From assembly GCA_004431415.1 (NCBI GenBank), contig QPMI01000005.1, forward strand, positions 992,001 to 1,056,000: 64,000 nt of DNA. The letters are read 5' to 3'. The stretch is from Cyanophora paradoxa CCMP329 (taxonomy: Eukaryota > Plantae > Glaucophyta). The position numbers and the translations under genes were made by a program. The notes below the pieces were generated by a model. The model saw nothing but the letters and a program-made list of their open reading frames with translations. It made no database searches and was not told where the DNA came from. Within the stretch, counting starts at the first letter, position 1. Each line of letters begins with the position of its first letter. This document shows positions 60,440-64,000 of this stretch, piece after piece.

Positions 60440-60949
60440 CTTAGGGCGCTGTACCCCCCTCGAATCAGCGTACCCCTGCGGGCGCGATTCGTGTACCCGG
60501 GCAGCAATCGTGTACCCCCCCGGCACACGGGGAGCGAAGAGATATCCTCCCCAACCACGCCCTCGAGGCAATACGTGGTCTTCCTTTTCCGGCTCCAGGC
60601 CCCCTCTGGGTCGGCCCTCCTTTGGAGCCGCGCTGCTGCTGAGCCGCGGCCCAATGAGGCGCTACCCCTTTCTCTATTTATTAGCGCCTCCTTCCTTGAT
60701 TGCAAGAAAGGCCGGCGGCTGCAAGGCGAGCCTTGGCCGACCGCGCGGAGCGCGGCCCGGAGATCCAAAGAAGAGTTGATTACTCCAGCAACGCGTGAGA
60801 GTAATCTGTTTTCTTTGAGCGAGGGACGGCAGAGCGCGAACGGCCAACCTCGAACCTCGCCCTTCGGCCCGCCGTACCCCCCGGGGGCTCGCCCCGGGCC
60901 CCTCGCAGTTGCCGCTACCCCGCGGGAGCGACAGCTTCGTCTTAGCCGG
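60440..60949. repeat. ~510-bp dispersed repeat (intact copy)
   Basis: 60440-60772 matches 63078-63410, and 60772-60949 matches 54491-54668, both essentially identically. Confidence 0.92.
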
Positions 60950-63077
60950 CCCACCCACCGTCCCCGAACTACACCTCGCGATCGAGTCGCCTGGCCCTGC
61001 CCCAGGCTCCGGAAAAAAAATGCTCGATATTCCCGACCCTTTCCAATTGCAAGTTTCCAGCCGGACCCCCATATGCATAGCCACGGCGCCAGGGCTCGAG
61101 GTCCTCCAGCGGCCCCTAAAGGCAGCTCCAAAGCGAGAGCCAGGACGGCATGCGCAGCTCATGATTACAAATCAGCGCGCGCAGCGCGGCCTCCCGGCGC
61201 GCGCGCACACCGCGGCACCATGGCCCAGTGGGCTGACCAGCTGCAGGCGCCGGCGCCGGCTGCGCGATGCCGCGGCTCGAGCTCCAGCGCTAGCCCGCGG
61301 ACCCTTACGTATACGCCCGACCCGGAGTGACGATCGTTCACCTCGCGATCACCTCCCGAGTCCGTCGTTCACCTTGAGGCGCCCGACCCCGTCCCATCAT
61401 GGCATGGCCAGGACCGGCTCCTCCCTTTACAGACCGGCCCCTGGCGGCGGCAGGAGGCTCCCTAGCAGCTCCTGAAGGCAGCCCTAAAGCGCGAACCTAG
61501 GCCTGGCAGCTTCATATGCAAAGCGCCCGCGGCGCGACCGCCCGGCCCGGGGGCGCGCGCGCACGCCAGCGCTAGCCATGCGTCACATACGCATGTATAC
61601 GTACATGTACATGTACATGTACAGGCCGCAGCTGCGCGACGCCGCGGATCCAGCCCGCGGACCTTCGCGCCACGAACGACGATTGCCTCCGAGCTTTGAG
61701 CCTCCGAGCGCAACTACGCCTGACCAGGACGCGGATTCCGAGCCGCAGATCTAGACACGAACGCGCAGCGCTCAGCCCATGGCCATGGCCAGCGCCCGAA
61801 TCCACGCACCGGGCGCACTGCGGCAGCCCGCGCGCGCATACCGACTTCAAGCAAGCTCTCGCGGCCAGCGCCGCCACGAAAGCCGGCGCGGCGCCGCGGC
61901 GAGCCGCAAGCACTCGTACCGAACGAGCACCGCGGCGGTTCTTCGCACCGAGCACATACACAGCGGCGCGGTTGCGACGAGGCGATTCGGATCCAGGTCC
62001 GCGACGATTGCGCCGAACAGCGCCGGCGCCGAAGAGGACTCGTTTGATCCTCGACGACCCCTCAAGCCTAACGAGCCTCAAGCCGCGACAACTAGCGGTA
62101 CCCCCGCGCACCGCAAATCGCCCGCGGCAAACCGGCACGCCCGGACGTATTGAAGCACTTTGCCCGGCTCTAATACCCTACGCGCACGCTTCGCCGTATG
62201 AAGCAAAGGCCGCGCGGCGCTCTAATGTACTCGTCTTTCCGCGACGATCACAGCAAGCTCCAAGCCGCAAGCCGCCACTTCTTCCCCCCCGGCTTAGGTT
62301 TGAGCCTCAAGCCGCAACTCCTTCCCCACCAACTTGGGCTCAAGCCGCCCAAGTCGCCTCCAAGCGCTAGCGCTAGCGCTAGCGCTCATATGTATGGTCA
62401 GCGCGCGGCCGCGGCTCAGCGCCTAGCGCGCGCCAGCGCCAGCGGCGGCCGCATGCGCAGCGCCGGCGCGAATGATAAATGCGCGTACTCTTAGTCGCGA
62501 CGCGCGCACATCGCGTCGACGGCGCGCGCGGCCCCGCACGCGCGCAGCGGCGCCGGCCGCGCGCGGCACCTTCCGAAGTTCGAAATTCAACTCGCCACTG
62601 GGCCACTATAGCTACAACTACGTATACGTATACTACTATGATACGCGTACGCGTATACGTATACGTATACCACGGTCTCGAGCCTCATATGCATGATAAA
62701 GCTCAAGAGGTAATTATAATCATGATCATGAATCGAACGGTACCGGTGAGCTCGTTCGTATACGTATATGTACGTATGCGTATACGCACGCTCGCGTCGT
62801 ATACGTATACGCGTACGTATACGCGTACACACACCTCCGCATTTTTTCCTAGGCCTGCTTCGGAATTCTCACTCTTCATGATCAGTATACGTACGTACGC
62901 GTAGAATTCGAATCCTTATTAGCTCCTAGCCTCCGATTCACTCCGCCGACCCGGCTTGGGTTGTTGATTTCCTAAGGCCTGGGGCCCGGGCCAATGGCCC
63001 TCCTCACTCTGCGAGCCTCATATGGCTGTCATGCAGATGAGACTGTCCGCTTTAGCGGCCTTCCTTTTCCAACGCAA

Positions 63078-63410
63078 CTTAGGGCGCTGTACCCCCCTCG
63101 AATCAGCGTACCCCTGCGGGCGCGATTCGTGTACCCGGGCAGCAATCGTGTACCCCCCCGGCACACGGGGAGCGAAGAGATATCCTCCCCAACCACGCCC
63201 TCGAGGCAATACGTGGTCTTCCTTTTCCGGCTCCAGGCCCCCTCTGGGTCGGCCCTCCTTTGGAGCCGCGCTGCTGCTGAGCCGCGGCCCAATGAGGCGC
63301 TACCCCTTTCTCTATTTATTAGCGCCTCCTTCCTTGATTGCAAGAAAGGCCGGCGGCTGCAAGGCGAGCCTTGGCCGACCGCGCGGAGCGCGGCCCGGAG
63401 ATCCAAAGAA
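63078..63410. repeat. Left part of the 510-bp dispersed repeat, cut by a MITE
   Basis: Matches 60440-60772, then switches to CCGTAGGGCAC. Confidence 0.92.
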
Positions 63411-63672
63411 CCGTAGGGCACTTAAGTACCGCGGGCACTTAACTAACGCGGTACCAAATTAACGCGCCAAAAGTTTGTTAAAACGCGGTAATTTGGTGCC
63501 GCGGTAATTTGCTGCTGAGAAGTCGCCCCATACAGTACCCCATCAAAGTACTGCCCCATACAAGCCTCAAAGTTTTAAAACCGCGTTAGTTTGGTACCGC
63601 GGTATTTCGCTCAGAGGAGTGCCATTTTTGAAACCGCGTTAATTAACGCCGCAGTAATTTAGTGCCCGACGG
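63411..63672. mobile_element. 262-bp MITE of the same CCGT-terminated type
   Basis: CCGTAGGGCACTTA ... TAGTGCCCGACGG|TA. Internal CGCGGTA/TACCGCG subrepeats. Core similar to ~36850-36910. Confidence 0.75.
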
Positions 63673-63754
63673 TATATTCGCCAGACGTCGACCCTCGCGC
63701 TGTCGACTCAGTGTCGAGGGGCCCCGCGTCGACGTCGGCGGTCGGACGCGGTCA

Positions 63755-63852
63755 GGACTCAGGACTCGGGAGTCGGGAGTCGGGACTCGGGACTCGGGAG
63801 TCGGGACTCGGGAGTCGGGACTCGGGAGTCGGGACTCGCCGAGTCGGGAGTC
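63755..63852. repeat. (GGGACTC/GGGAGTC)n heptamer array, reverse complement of the 36.3-kb array
   Basis: GACTCGGGAGTCGGGAGTCGGGACTCGGGACTCGGG... Confidence 0.88.
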
Positions 63853-64000
63853 AACTTGGGAGTAAGTAAACCGCGTTAATTAACTACGGTCCTGTCTACG
63901 GAACGGTAGAACTAGTTAAATTAGTACAGGAAAATAATTACTAAGTTAGTACTTCCCCAAAACTGCCACTTTAGCAGCTGGTAGATCTTTAGTAGGTCGG

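Noticed and set aside
60441-60446. TTAGGG at the start of the 510-bp repeat (also at 63079) as a telomeric seed or PIF/Harbinger end
   Set aside because: A single hexamer, with no matching TIR at the other end.

Overview
GC-rich eukaryotic nuclear DNA with short (~50-90 nt) GT..AG introns; the style suggests an alga or protist such as a glaucophyte, which is inference only. (1) A large intron-rich membrane-protein gene (GGA[I/V] beta-helix repeats, Cys-rich stalk, multi-TM C-terminus; ~7.5-27.8 kb, +) is split inside an exon by a 13.8-kb non-LTR retrotransposon on the - strand, with a perfect 17-bp TSD and a poly(A) tail. The element encodes an unusually large polyprotein: AP endonuclease, RT, then an RNase H whose His-loop is interrupted by ~1,200 aa. 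That insert holds a possible second RNase H-like fold and two tandem Ulp1/SENP (C48) protease domains, one degenerate and one with intact His/Asn/Gln/Cys. The zf-RVT knuckle, a PIP-box-like motif and a terminal Cys/His motif follow. (2) A secreted, probably GPI-anchored protein gene lies at 31.7-35.7 kb (-). (3) A 15.7-kb foldback structure (37.5-53.2 kb) has ~0.93-kb inverted arms and oppositely oriented arrays of a ~362-bp G-tract satellite (9 vs ~20 units). Its 3.5-kb core carries a CACTA MITE inserted into a possible decayed SWIM/MULE remnant. (4) TA-flanked MITEs, GANTC-rich tracts, a split dispersed repeat and palindrome-rich intergenic DNA fill the rest. Domain calls come from motif recognition by eye, and internal coordinates are approximate.
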